DNA of 32,000 nucleotides from Acaryochloris marina MBIC11017 (GTDB taxonomy: Bacteria; Cyanobacteriota; Cyanobacteriia; Thermosynechococcales; Thermosynechococcaceae). The DNA lies in assembly GCF_000018105.1 (NCBI RefSeq), contig NC_009925.1:1140001-1172000 (forward strand). Direction: 5' to 3'. Numbering within the stretch: position 1 is the first letter of the stretch; each line of letters begins with the position of its first letter. The notes below the pieces were generated by a model, which made no database searches, was not told the origin of the DNA, and saw nothing but the letters and a program-made list of their open reading frames with translations. Positions 8,658 through 18,312 of the stretch are shown one piece after another. The position numbers were made by a program, and so were the translations under genes.

Positions 8658-9584
8658 CTATTTTACCACTTCACACCTTAGCGAATATTTCCCAGAATAG
8701 GTACTCTTTATATGGTCTTTTAAGAATTCAGCTAATTTCGAAAGCTGGTTTAAGTCCCGTGGACGCCTTAGTCTATACAGATTTACATGCTTTACCAGTT
8801 GAGCCGCTTGCTTAAAATGGCGGCGGTCTCGAACCGGCAACACGGACTTTAAACCAGAAAACCTGAGTAGTTCAATAATGGCTTGCTGCTGGGGCACGGT
8901 TTCTATAGACCAGTCTGCTCCATATTCCAAAATGTACAAATTCTGAAGGTTATAGGCTTTGGAGGAGTTGGCTGTCAAAAATGCGAAAGCAGATTCTTCA
9001 GCCGTCGACATTGAGGAGACCAACTGGAGCTGAGTGGCGGCGGCTGCAGACAGCTTCATCTTGGGGACGCCCGAATAGAGCGAGACGTTATCTGTATTGA
9101 CATGAACGGCTGTTAAATCATCCGTGATACCGATCCATCCCTGATCTACCGATGCAGCCAAAGCGGATGATTTACCCGCCCCCGAGTCTCCTAGAAAGGC
9201 AATGGCGATGTTGTGAGTAGCGACTGCACTCGCATGCAATATATAGAGTCCTCGTTGATGAAGCAGCACGGCCAGTACAACTCCTAATAAAGCCTGACAG
9301 ATGGATTCTTGTTCTGCACCTTGGGTACAAACGAGGACTATCTTGCACCCCCCTTGAACAATAAAAACACCGATACCCCGTAGATAAACTAAGGCATCCG
9401 TTGGATCAATTTGGATCGCAATGGGCTGTTGGGCAACCCCTAGGGGGATAAAGTCATGGATACAGCCATCCTTCACCAACTGAATCGTGGCATCTGGCTT
9501 CTGGTCTGTAGGCAATAATTCTGGTAAGTCTGGAATAGAAAAGGTTGATTGAAAAATCAGACCATAAAGTTGATAAAAATGCAT
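8658..9584 (-). CDS. HPr kinase/phosphorylase-like serine kinase (HprK-related, RiPP-associated type)
   Basis: It has LYILHASAVATHNIAIAFLGDSGAGKSS (P-loop GxSGxGKS preceded by LHAS), followed by ITDD. The N-terminus YQLYGLIFQSTFSIPDLPEL is typical of stand-alone HprK-related kinases in lasso-type clusters. Length is 308 aa. Confidence 0.8.
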   Translation of the reverse strand: MHFYQLYGLIFQSTFSIPDLPELLPTDQKPDATIQLVKDGCIHDFIPLGVAQQPIAIQIDPTDALVYLRGIGVFIVQGGCKIVLVCTQGAEQESICQALLGVVLAVLLHQRGLYILHASAVATHNIAIAFLGDSGAGKSSALAASVDQGWIGITDDLTAVHVNTDNVSLYSGVPKMKLSAAAATQLQLVSSMSTAEESAFAFLTANSSKAYNLQNLYILEYGADWSIETVPQQQAIIELLRFSGLKSVLPVRDRRHFKQAAQLVKHVNLYRLRRPRDLNQLSKLAEFLKDHIKSTYSGKYSLRCEVVK

Positions 9585-9780
9585 ATCGAGAGTGAGGGCA
9601 CAAAGGGATAGATGCTCGCCTCTCGTGCTTGGAGAAAGTGGAGAGTTTTAGAGCGATGCTTTGACAGGGGGCCGAAACAGGTCAGAAATGGGTTGGGAAA
9701 TTGATTGGCTCCAAATAATAATCTAACTCGCGTCAGGAATTAGGGTTGAAAATACACCTTTCTGGGCATTCTCAAAAGTA

Positions 9781-12700
9781 ATGGACCTTGTGGGAAAAAT
9801 GGATCTTTCTGACATGCGCCTGACTCCAAGTGCTCGTTTGAGCGGATATACTCCCCTTGAAATGCTGCATGAGGGACAGAAGACGCAGGTCTATCGGGCC
9901 TTACGGGTCACTGATCAGCAACCTGTAGTCATCAAAACCACGCCTCCTCAAGTGATCTTAAGGTTTTCAGATCACCTTGCTTTTCGGAATCAATTCACTA
10001 TCAGTCAAAACTTAGATCATCCTGGGATTATCACGACCTATGGTCTAGAGTCCTACGATCAGACCTACGCCCTGGTGATGGAAGATATCCAGGGGATTCC
10101 CCTTTCACAATTCTTACAGTCTTCTGTTTCTCTCAAAGATGGGTTAAATATTGCCCTGCAATTGGCAGACGTACTTCATTACCTCGGTCAACAGCGTGTC
10201 TTACACAAAGATATCAAGCCCGCCAATATTCTGATCCATCCTCAAACGCTTCAGGTTAAGCTGATTGACTTTGGGATTGCTTCCCTCTTACCCAAAGAGA
10301 CTCAAGAACTCAAAAATCCTAATGCCTTAGAAGGGACCTTGGCTTATATGGCCCCAGAGCAAACGGGGCGTATGAACCGGGGGATTGATTTTAGAAGTGA
10401 CTTTTATGGTTTAGGCATAACGCTCTTTGAACTGTTTGCAGCACAGCTACCGTTTCAAGCGGATGAACCGATGGCTTGGCTCCACTGTCATATTGCTCAG
10501 GTGCCCCCTTCTCTAACTCAGTTTGGGATACCAGAAGTTGTGGCTAGCATTGTGGCCAAGCTTCTAGCAAAAAATGCTGAAGATCGCTACCAAAGTGCCT
10601 TGGGATTGAAGTATGACCTGGAACAGTGCCTAACTCGACTATCGGAACAGGACAGGATTGAGCCGTTTGAGGTCGGGCAGAGAGATGTGTGCGATCGATT
10701 CTTGATACCTGACAAACTCTATGGCAGGGAAGCAGAAGTTCAGGCCTTGCTCGATGCATTTGACCGGGTGGCTCACGGTCGTGCAGAGTTAATGCTGGTC
10801 GCTGGTTTCTCAGGGATTGGCAAAACGGCAGTGGTGAATGAAGTCCACAAGCCCATCACTCAGAAAAACGGCTATTTCATTAAAGGAAAATTCGACCAGT
10901 TCAAGCGCAGCACTCCTTTCGCTGCCTTTGTTGAGGCCCTCCGCAGTTTAGTGAAGCAATTGCTGGGGGAATCTGACTTCGTTCTGGCACAGTGGCGAAC
11001 TCGAATTCTCAAGGTTGTGGGTAATAATGGCCAATTACTCATCGATGTTATTCCTGAGTTGGAAACTTTAATTGGGACACAACCTACCGTCTCTGAATTA
11101 GAAGGCAGTGCTGCCCAAAATCGCTTCAACCTAGTCTTGAGTAACTTCATTCAGGCCTTTACCACCCCAGACCATCCGCTGGTGTTGTTTCTGGATGACT
11201 TGCAATGGGCAGACCTAGCTTCTCTAAAGCTGTTACAAGTGTTGATGGAGAGTCATGGATATCTGCTTGTTATTGGAGCCTATCGAGATAATGAGGTAAC
11301 GGCGGGTCATTCTCTCATCCATACCTTAGATACCCTCAGCACTCAGTCTGTTGCCGTTACCTCATTAACCCTAGCGCCCTTAGCCCCTGGTGATATCAAA
11401 CGGCTGGTCGCTGAGAGTCTGAAATGTGCTGTGGTGGTGGCTGAACCCTTAGCTCACCTCGTGTTTCAAAAGACCCAGGGTAACCCTTTCTTCGCGACTC
11501 AGTTTTTACAATCTCTACATCAGGATCAGTTAATCCAGTTTGACTTTAAGCAAGGCTGCTGGCAGTGCGATCTGAGCCAAATTGAGCTTCTTAGCCTGAC
11601 CGATGATGTTGTGACCTTTATGGTTCAACAATTACAAAAGCTGCCCCTAGGGACTCAAACAGTCCTCCAAGTCGCTGCCTGTATTGGTACTCAATTTGAC
11701 TTACATACCTTAGCAACTGCCTGCGACGAAGATCCAACGGAGGCTGCCATCTCCATTTGGGCAGCTTTACAGGCCGGGCTGGTCATTCCCGCGACGCAAA
11801 CCTATAAGTTCTTTCACTCAAGCTGCCATAGCCACACAGCATCTTGTTCAGAACTGAATGGGATTGACGGCACTGTCACCTATCGCTTCTTGCATGATCG
11901 AGTCCAGCAAGCAGCTTACGCACTCATTGATACGACAGAAAAGCTACAAACTCACCTTTCCATTGGGCGTTTGCTGCTCAACGATACACCGGATATTCAA
12001 GGATCCTCTGAGCTCCTGAACATTGTTAATCAGTTTAATGTGGCGGCGTCAATCATTGATGATCCCCAAGAACGCCAGCAGCTGGCGCAGATGAATCTAT
12101 GGGCTGGGCAAAAAGCCCGACAAAATACAGCATTTCAGAGTGCCTTAGACTATAGCTTGCAGGGCATTGATTTCTTGGCTAACAACCCCTGGGAGCAACA
12201 GTATGAGTGGGCGTTAGCACTTTACAATATTGCAGCGGAAACAGCCCAATTAACGGCTAACCCGAACTTCAACCTATATGTCAAAACGGTCTTAGACCAT
12301 GCCACCCATTCTTTAGATAGTTGTGCCGTCCAGAAGACTGAGGTAGCTAACCTAATTGCCCTAGGTGATCTGCTAGGTGCAGTTGATCTTTGTATTGAAG
12401 TACTAAGAAAGCTAGGGGTTGACTTAAATCAAAATGTGAGCGAAATCCAAGCTGGGCTGAGTGTTTTAAAGACTGAGGCTCAGTTAAGGTTTAGGGATCC
12501 GGCCTCTCTAGAAAACTTACCTCACCTGTGCGATCGCAAAATAGAACATATTCTGGGCTTCCTTAACACATTGGTTTCAGTTTCATACCTAACCTATCCC
12601 AACCTCTATGTAGTGGTGGGTGCGAAATTAGTGGAACTGTCCTATCGCTACGGGAACAGCCAGTATTCCTGCACAGGCTATACCATCCTGGGGGTTTTGC

Positions 12701-15700
12701 TGACGGCAGTTTTCAACCGTATCCCTAGAGGGATTCAATATGGCAAAGCAGCGGAAGCGATTATTGATCAATTTCAGAGTGATTATCAAAAATGCTCAGT
12801 ATGGTTTAGCTGTTTGGTCGGTATTCAGCATCGCCACACCCCAATCCGGCAGTTAGAAGCGATTCACCATCAGGGATACGAAATAGGCGTTAATTCAGGA
12901 AATTTCGAATATGCAGCTTGGCACCTGATGATGGAGGGGTTAACCCTCTACTATGCAGGCGCAAATCTAGAAGAGGTGGATCGGCGCGTTGTTAAAAATC
13001 GCGATATTATTGCATCCCTCAAACAGGAAGTTCCTTCCAACTTCAATAACCGCACGGGGCAATGTGCCCTCAATTTGTTAGGTGCTACATCCCACCCCTT
13101 AGATTTCAAAGGCTCACATTTTAACGATGAGCAGTTCACTGAGGAATGTCGCCAATCTGCCTATATTGTTGGTATTACAGGTCTAAATGTTGAGAAACTC
13201 ATTCTCTGTTATTTGTTTGGAGAATTCGAGCAGGCGATGGTCATGGTTGATCGTTGCCAAGAGAAGATTAAAGCCGTCACTGGACAGTTCTATACTTGTC
13301 TATTTCACTTCTACAGCGCACTAACTCTGCTCACCACTGCTTCTGAGCAACACAGTAAACCACTGAATAAACGCATTCAAAAGCACCACAGCGAATTACA
13401 GGTGTGGGCTAAATATGGGCCGATGAATGCTGCTCATAAATGGTCTCTGGTAGAAGCTGAACAGTTGCGATGTCTAGGGCAATACCAGCAGGCAATGGAC
13501 TACTATGACCAGGCGATTGCTGGGGCTCGGGAGAACCAATTTACCCAGGAAGAAGCGCTTGCTAATGAATTGGCCGCTAAATTTTATGGGGAATGGGGCA
13601 AGACGAAAATCGCTGCAACTTATTTGCAGGAAGCTTATTCGTGCTATGCCCGTTGGGGAGCCAAAGCAAAAATCGATGCTCTTGAACAACGATATCCCGA
13701 TTTACTCCGGCCTATCCTCCAGCAGTCGGCACCCTCTCTGAATCCCCTGGAGACTTTAACTGGTTTTACGGGTCCTAAGCTATCAATTCACTCATCTGGC
13801 CCAACCGCTGCGCCTCATGCCAACCTCAATACAGCGCTAGATTTTGCGGCTATCTTCCAGGGTGCTCAAACCCTATCTAAAAGTCTGCATCTAGAGGAAC
13901 TGCTAGAGAAACTGACCCAGATGATGCTGCAAAATTCTGGAGCAGATCGGCTGGCTCTGCTTTTGCCTGAAGCCGATGGTGCTTTATTGGTCAGAGTCTC
14001 TGCCACCCCTGAGCAGACACAGCTTACATCTACCCCTCTGGCAGACCACCTGGATCTACCGGTTCAACTGATTCAGTATGTTAAAAATACCCAAGAAACT
14101 CTGGTCGTAGATGATCTCGCCACGGACTTGCCCATCCTGGATGACTTTCTCCAACAGTCTCAGCCTCGGAGTTTACTGTGTTTACCGATCCTGTATCAAA
14201 GTCATCTTAGGGGCCTGTTGTATTTACAGAATCGCAATATGGCGGGGGTATTTACACGCGATCGCGTCACCGTCCTCAACTTTCTCTGTTCTCAAGCGGC
14301 TATCTCTTTAGAGAATGCCAGACTGTTCGAATCACTGGCACTTAAGTCTTCCATCATCGAATCTGCAGTGGATGGCATGGCGATATTAGAAGGGGGTAAA
14401 TTTATTTATCTCAACCAATTCCATACCACCCTTTTTGGTTATGAACCGAATGAGCTGCTCGGGCAAAGTTGGGAAAAACTATACTCCCCAGCAGAAGTAC
14501 AACTCTTTCAAGAAATAGCATTTCCAATATTGGCAAAGACAGGACGATGGTCAGGAGAAGCTACCGCTATCCGCAAAGATGGCAGTTCTCTGGATGAAGA
14601 AGTAAGTTTATTCCTTTTAGACAATGGCAAACTCATTTGCATTTGCCGAGATATTAGCGATCGCAAAATTGCTGAGGCCAACTCTCGTTTGCTAGCATCT
14701 GTGGTCGAGTCGTCTAATGATGTGATTGTCACTAAGAACTTAGAAGGTATAATCACGAGCTGGAATCAGGCTGCCACAGATTTATTTGGATATTCGGAAG
14801 CAGAAGCGATTGGCCAATCTATCCTGATGCTGTTTCCACCCGATCGGCACCATGAAGAAACCCACATTCTTACTTGTCTTAAGAACAAGAAAAGTGTTGA
14901 GAACTTTGAAACTGTTCGGCTCCACAAACAGGGGTATCCGATTGATATTTCAGTTACGATTTCTCCCTTAGTGAACAGCCAAGGTAAGGTGATTGGAGCA
15001 TCAAAGATCGTCAGAGATATTCGCGAACGAAAAATTGCAGAGGTTGCACTACGACAAAGTGAAAGTAAATTCCGTAACCTGCTCACAAATTTAGATGGCG
15101 TCGTGTATCGTTGCCAAAACGATGCGCACTGGACTATGGAGTTTATGAGTGATGCAGTTACAGCTTTATCTGGTTATCCGGTTGCAGACTTTATCGATAA
15201 TCGCCATCGCAGTTACGCTAGCATTATCCATCCTGGCGATGTGGAATGGGTGGATCAAGTCATTAATGAACAACTGACTCACCATCAACCCTTCTCCCTG
15301 GAGTATCGTGTGATCCACCGAGATGGTTCAATTCGCTGGGTGACGGAAAAGGGGAAGGGCATTTTTAATGCCGACCATCAACTCCAACATTTAGAAGGTG
15401 TGATATTTGATATTAGCGATCGCAAACATACAGAACTGGCCCTTCAACTCAGCGAAGCCCGAGCTAATGCAGCATTCGATCAGGCAGCTTTAGGCATTGT
15501 TGAAGTCAATAATCAAACGGGTAAGATTTCTCGGGTTAATAACTATATGTGCGACTTGCTGGGCTATAGTCGCCTTGAACTATTGCAAAAGACCGTTGCA
15601 GACATCACCCATCCTGATGATTTATCCGAATCTTATCAGCTGATGCAGCTCCTCCAGAGGGGAAAAATCGGTAATTTTACGACCGAGGAACGATATCTCC

Positions 15701-18267
15701 GTCAGGATGGTGGCATTATTTGGTCATCAACCACCGTTACCCTCGTGGAAATGGGAAATGGAGAAGCCCAGTATTCCCTAGGGATGATTCAAGATATTAG
15801 CGATCGCAAAGCTGCGGAACTGGCCCTGAAAGATAGTCAGGCTCAATTTCGACGCATGACCGAAAACGTACCGGGGATGATCTATCGCTACGTCTTCCAC
15901 CCTGATGGTCAGAATGAGCTGACCTATATCAGTTCTCAGGTTCGGGAAATATTTGAAATAGAACCTGAAGTGGCACTGCAGGATGCGAGCAAGCTCTGGG
16001 AGAGGGTCCATCCCGATGACCTTGCCTTTGTCCAATCTGAGATTCAGGGATTTCACGAAACCTTGCAGTCAACTCCGATTGAGTGTCGACTCCTCTTACC
16101 CCAAAAAGGATTGTGCTGGATTCAACTCATCGCTCGCATCGAACGATTGGATAATGGCGATACCGTCTGGGATGGCGTTGCCCTAGACATTAGCGATCGC
16201 AAAGCAGCAGAAGCAAACCTGCGTTTTAGTGAACAACGGTTTCGGCGGGCGATTGAGGATGCCCCTTTCCCCATTATGCTTCATGCCGAAGATGGTGAAG
16301 TTCTCCAAATCAATACCACCTGGACAGAACTCACTGGCTATACTCACCCAGAGATTCCCTCCACAGCCGCTTGGGCAGAACGTGCTTATGGGAAAGATGC
16401 GGCCAGAGTCCTTAAGGAAGTGATGGCTAAAAAATATACCCTGACGTCTCGTTGGGAAGAAGGCGAGTTCACCATTCAAACCAAAAATGGCGATCAATGC
16501 CGCTGGCAATTTAGTTCAGCTCCCTTAGGGGTTTTACCGGATGGTCGGCGGATCGTCATTTCAATGGCCGTGGATGTCACCCAACGACGGCAGACCGAAG
16601 ATGAATTAGAACAAGCCAATCAGCAACTAGCAGAATACTCTCATACCCTAGAGCAACGAGTTGAAGAAAGAACCCAGGCACTCCAAATCGCTAAGGAACA
16701 AGCAGACAGTGCCAACCAAGCGAAAAGCGAATTTCTGGCCAATATGAGTCATGAATTGCGCACCCCCCTCAACGGCATTCTGGGGTATGCTCAAATCCTC
16801 AATCGATCCACAACCTTAATAGATAAAGAACGAGATGGCATTAAAGTTATCCATCAATGTGGTTCCCATTTACTCAGCCTGATTGACGACATCCTAGATC
16901 TGGCTAAAATTGAAGCGCGCAAATTGGAACTGGTGCCGGTTGATACCTACCTCCCTGCGGTCCTCCACAGTGTGGTCGAAATTTGCAAAATCAAAGCCCA
17001 GCAAAAAGGAATCGATTTTGTTTATGCCCCAAAAGACCTGCCTATAGGGGTTAGGGTTGATGAAAAATGCCTACGGCAAGTGTTAATCAATTTATTAGGC
17101 AACGCCGTCAAATTTACGGACAATGGAACGGTCACCCTAAACGTCGAAGTGTTGAGCACCTCAAACCAGGAAGCTTCGCTATTATTTCAGGTGATGGATA
17201 CGGGGATCGGTATTGCTGAGACGGATCTCTCTAAACTCTTTGATGCCTTTGAACAAGTTGGTGCCCGTGATCGGCGAGCGGAAGGGACTGGTTTGGGACT
17301 TGCCATCAGTCAACGGATTGTCCAACTGATGGGCCACAGTATTGAGGTAAAAAGCCAGGTAGGAATAGGGAGCCAGTTCTCCTTTAGGCTGGACCTCCCT
17401 CTCACCGAGAATAAAGTTCAACGCCAGTCTATTCTCAACAACCATGATCGGATTATTGGCTACCAAGGTGAGCGCAAGCGAATTCTTGTGGTTGACGACC
17501 ATGAGAATAATGTCGCGATGCTATGCAATCTCCTAGAACCCCTCGGGTTTAAAGTAGATGTTGCTCATAATGGTTTAGAAGCCTTGGACAAACTCAACCA
17601 TCGCCCGGATCTGGTACTGACGGATTTATCCATGCCAGTGATGGATGGTTTTGAGTTGTTACGGCACATTCGCGCTGATGCCGATCTCCAAACCCTCAAG
17701 TTCATCGTTTCCTCGGCCTCTGTTGATCCCGTATACCAACAACAAGCTTTAGAAGTGGGTAGCGATGCATTTCTCGCGAAACCCATTGATACCCAAGCCT
17801 TATTTCAGGCCTTTTCCGAACAGCTTAATTTGGACTGGATCTATGAAGCACTCACCCCCGCACCTCAACAGATGGAGGTTGCTTCATCAGAAATAGTATC
17901 TGAAGTCACTTCGACAGTAAAATTCGCTTCAACTGCTGATCAACTGAGCCTAATAAAGGATCAGCGAGTCTTGCCAGATATTGACGGGGAGAGATCGTCT
18001 CCAGTCATACTTAACACTCCAGCCAGAGAAAAAACACCACATTTAAACGGGGTTTATCCACCGAAGGAAACCATAGAAAGACTAGTAGGCATGGCAAATA
18101 AAGGTAGTATATTTGAGATCAAAGATGAATTATTAAACATTCAACTTTCCAACCCAAAATATCAACTCTTTTGCCATAAAATATCACATTGGACTGACCA
18201 CTTTGAACTGAATAAAATTCAAGCCTTTTTACAAGATGCTTATGAAAATTATCAGGACCACACATAG
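9781..18267 (+). CDS. Giant hybrid multi-kinase: Ser/Thr kinase - AAA/STAND ATPase - helical repeat region - GAF - about 6 PAS - histidine kinase - receiver - C-terminal tail (HstK-like), 2828 aa
   Basis: Uninterrupted 8.5-kb ORF. Motifs with coordinates: HKDIKPANIL 10204..10233, DFG 10267..10275, LAYMAPEQ, Walker A GFSGIGKT 10804..10827, Walker B LFLDDLQWAD, GAF (~13840..14330), PAS cassettes each ending in ISDRK/IRERK, H-box SHELRTPLN (His 16750..16752), G2 box GTGLGLAISQRIV, and receiver DD...TD(17623..17625)...KP. Confidence 0.92.
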   Translation: MDLVGKMDLSDMRLTPSARLSGYTPLEMLHEGQKTQVYRALRVTDQQPVVIKTTPPQVILRFSDHLAFRNQFTISQNLDHPGIITTYGLESYDQTYALVMEDIQGIPLSQFLQSSVSLKDGLNIALQLADVLHYLGQQRVLHKDIKPANILIHPQTLQVKLIDFGIASLLPKETQELKNPNALEGTLAYMAPEQTGRMNRGIDFRSDFYGLGITLFELFAAQLPFQADEPMAWLHCHIAQVPPSLTQFGIPEVVASIVAKLLAKNAEDRYQSALGLKYDLEQCLTRLSEQDRIEPFEVGQRDVCDRFLIPDKLYGREAEVQALLDAFDRVAHGRAELMLVAGFSGIGKTAVVNEVHKPITQKNGYFIKGKFDQFKRSTPFAAFVEALRSLVKQLLGESDFVLAQWRTRILKVVGNNGQLLIDVIPELETLIGTQPTVSELEGSAAQNRFNLVLSNFIQAFTTPDHPLVLFLDDLQWADLASLKLLQVLMESHGYLLVIGAYRDNEVTAGHSLIHTLDTLSTQSVAVTSLTLAPLAPGDIKRLVAESLKCAVVVAEPLAHLVFQKTQGNPFFATQFLQSLHQDQLIQFDFKQGCWQCDLSQIELLSLTDDVVTFMVQQLQKLPLGTQTVLQVAACIGTQFDLHTLATACDEDPTEAAISIWAALQAGLVIPATQTYKFFHSSCHSHTASCSELNGIDGTVTYRFLHDRVQQAAYALIDTTEKLQTHLSIGRLLLNDTPDIQGSSELLNIVNQFNVAASIIDDPQERQQLAQMNLWAGQKARQNTAFQSALDYSLQGIDFLANNPWEQQYEWALALYNIAAETAQLTANPNFNLYVKTVLDHATHSLDSCAVQKTEVANLIALGDLLGAVDLCIEVLRKLGVDLNQNVSEIQAGLSVLKTEAQLRFRDPASLENLPHLCDRKIEHILGFLNTLVSVSYLTYPNLYVVVGAKLVELSYRYGNSQYSCTGYTILGVLLTAVFNRIPRGIQYGKAAEAIIDQFQSDYQKCSVWFSCLVGIQHRHTPIRQLEAIHHQGYEIGVNSGNFEYAAWHLMMEGLTLYYAGANLEEVDRRVVKNRDIIASLKQEVPSNFNNRTGQCALNLLGATSHPLDFKGSHFNDEQFTEECRQSAYIVGITGLNVEKLILCYLFGEFEQAMVMVDRCQEKIKAVTGQFYTCLFHFYSALTLLTTASEQHSKPLNKRIQKHHSELQVWAKYGPMNAAHKWSLVEAEQLRCLGQYQQAMDYYDQAIAGARENQFTQEEALANELAAKFYGEWGKTKIAATYLQEAYSCYARWGAKAKIDALEQRYPDLLRPILQQSAPSLNPLETLTGFTGPKLSIHSSGPTAAPHANLNTALDFAAIFQGAQTLSKSLHLEELLEKLTQMMLQNSGADRLALLLPEADGALLVRVSATPEQTQLTSTPLADHLDLPVQLIQYVKNTQETLVVDDLATDLPILDDFLQQSQPRSLLCLPILYQSHLRGLLYLQNRNMAGVFTRDRVTVLNFLCSQAAISLENARLFESLALKSSIIESAVDGMAILEGGKFIYLNQFHTTLFGYEPNELLGQSWEKLYSPAEVQLFQEIAFPILAKTGRWSGEATAIRKDGSSLDEEVSLFLLDNGKLICICRDISDRKIAEANSRLLASVVESSNDVIVTKNLEGIITSWNQAATDLFGYSEAEAIGQSILMLFPPDRHHEETHILTCLKNKKSVENFETVRLHKQGYPIDISVTISPLVNSQGKVIGASKIVRDIRERKIAEVALRQSESKFRNLLTNLDGVVYRCQNDAHWTMEFMSDAVTALSGYPVADFIDNRHRSYASIIHPGDVEWVDQVINEQLTHHQPFSLEYRVIHRDGSIRWVTEKGKGIFNADHQLQHLEGVIFDISDRKHTELALQLSEARANAAFDQAALGIVEVNNQTGKISRVNNYMCDLLGYSRLELLQKTVADITHPDDLSESYQLMQLLQRGKIGNFTTEERYLRQDGGIIWSSTTVTLVEMGNGEAQYSLGMIQDISDRKAAELALKDSQAQFRRMTENVPGMIYRYVFHPDGQNELTYISSQVREIFEIEPEVALQDASKLWERVHPDDLAFVQSEIQGFHETLQSTPIECRLLLPQKGLCWIQLIARIERLDNGDTVWDGVALDISDRKAAEANLRFSEQRFRRAIEDAPFPIMLHAEDGEVLQINTTWTELTGYTHPEIPSTAAWAERAYGKDAARVLKEVMAKKYTLTSRWEEGEFTIQTKNGDQCRWQFSSAPLGVLPDGRRIVISMAVDVTQRRQTEDELEQANQQLAEYSHTLEQRVEERTQALQIAKEQADSANQAKSEFLANMSHELRTPLNGILGYAQILNRSTTLIDKERDGIKVIHQCGSHLLSLIDDILDLAKIEARKLELVPVDTYLPAVLHSVVEICKIKAQQKGIDFVYAPKDLPIGVRVDEKCLRQVLINLLGNAVKFTDNGTVTLNVEVLSTSNQEASLLFQVMDTGIGIAETDLSKLFDAFEQVGARDRRAEGTGLGLAISQRIVQLMGHSIEVKSQVGIGSQFSFRLDLPLTENKVQRQSILNNHDRIIGYQGERKRILVVDDHENNVAMLCNLLEPLGFKVDVAHNGLEALDKLNHRPDLVLTDLSMPVMDGFELLRHIRADADLQTLKFIVSSASVDPVYQQQALEVGSDAFLAKPIDTQALFQAFSEQLNLDWIYEALTPAPQQMEVASSEIVSEVTSTVKFASTADQLSLIKDQRVLPDIDGERSSPVILNTPAREKTPHLNGVYPPKETIERLVGMANKGSIFEIKDELLNIQLSNPKYQLFCHKISHWTDHFELNKIQAFLQDAYENYQDHT

Positions 18268-18312
18268 AAAAAGTAGTCTATTTTGTCGCCATATCTACGC
18301 CTTGGATGCGTT

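Noticed and set aside
8627-8815. A 62-codon plus-strand ORF from the track spans the kinase stop and peptide start region.
   Set aside because: It is antisense to the 3' end of the HPrK-like gene and the start of the small peptide ORF, and its translation shows no motif. It is a shadow ORF.
14508-14756. The antisense ORF in paralog 1 has a conserved counterpart in paralog 2 (23139..23384). Both encode ...LRSLISRQMQMSLP...ELPSLR(I/V)AVASPDH...
   Set aside because: The conservation simply follows from the sense-strand PAS cassette A being conserved between the paralogs. There is no independent start context or motif.
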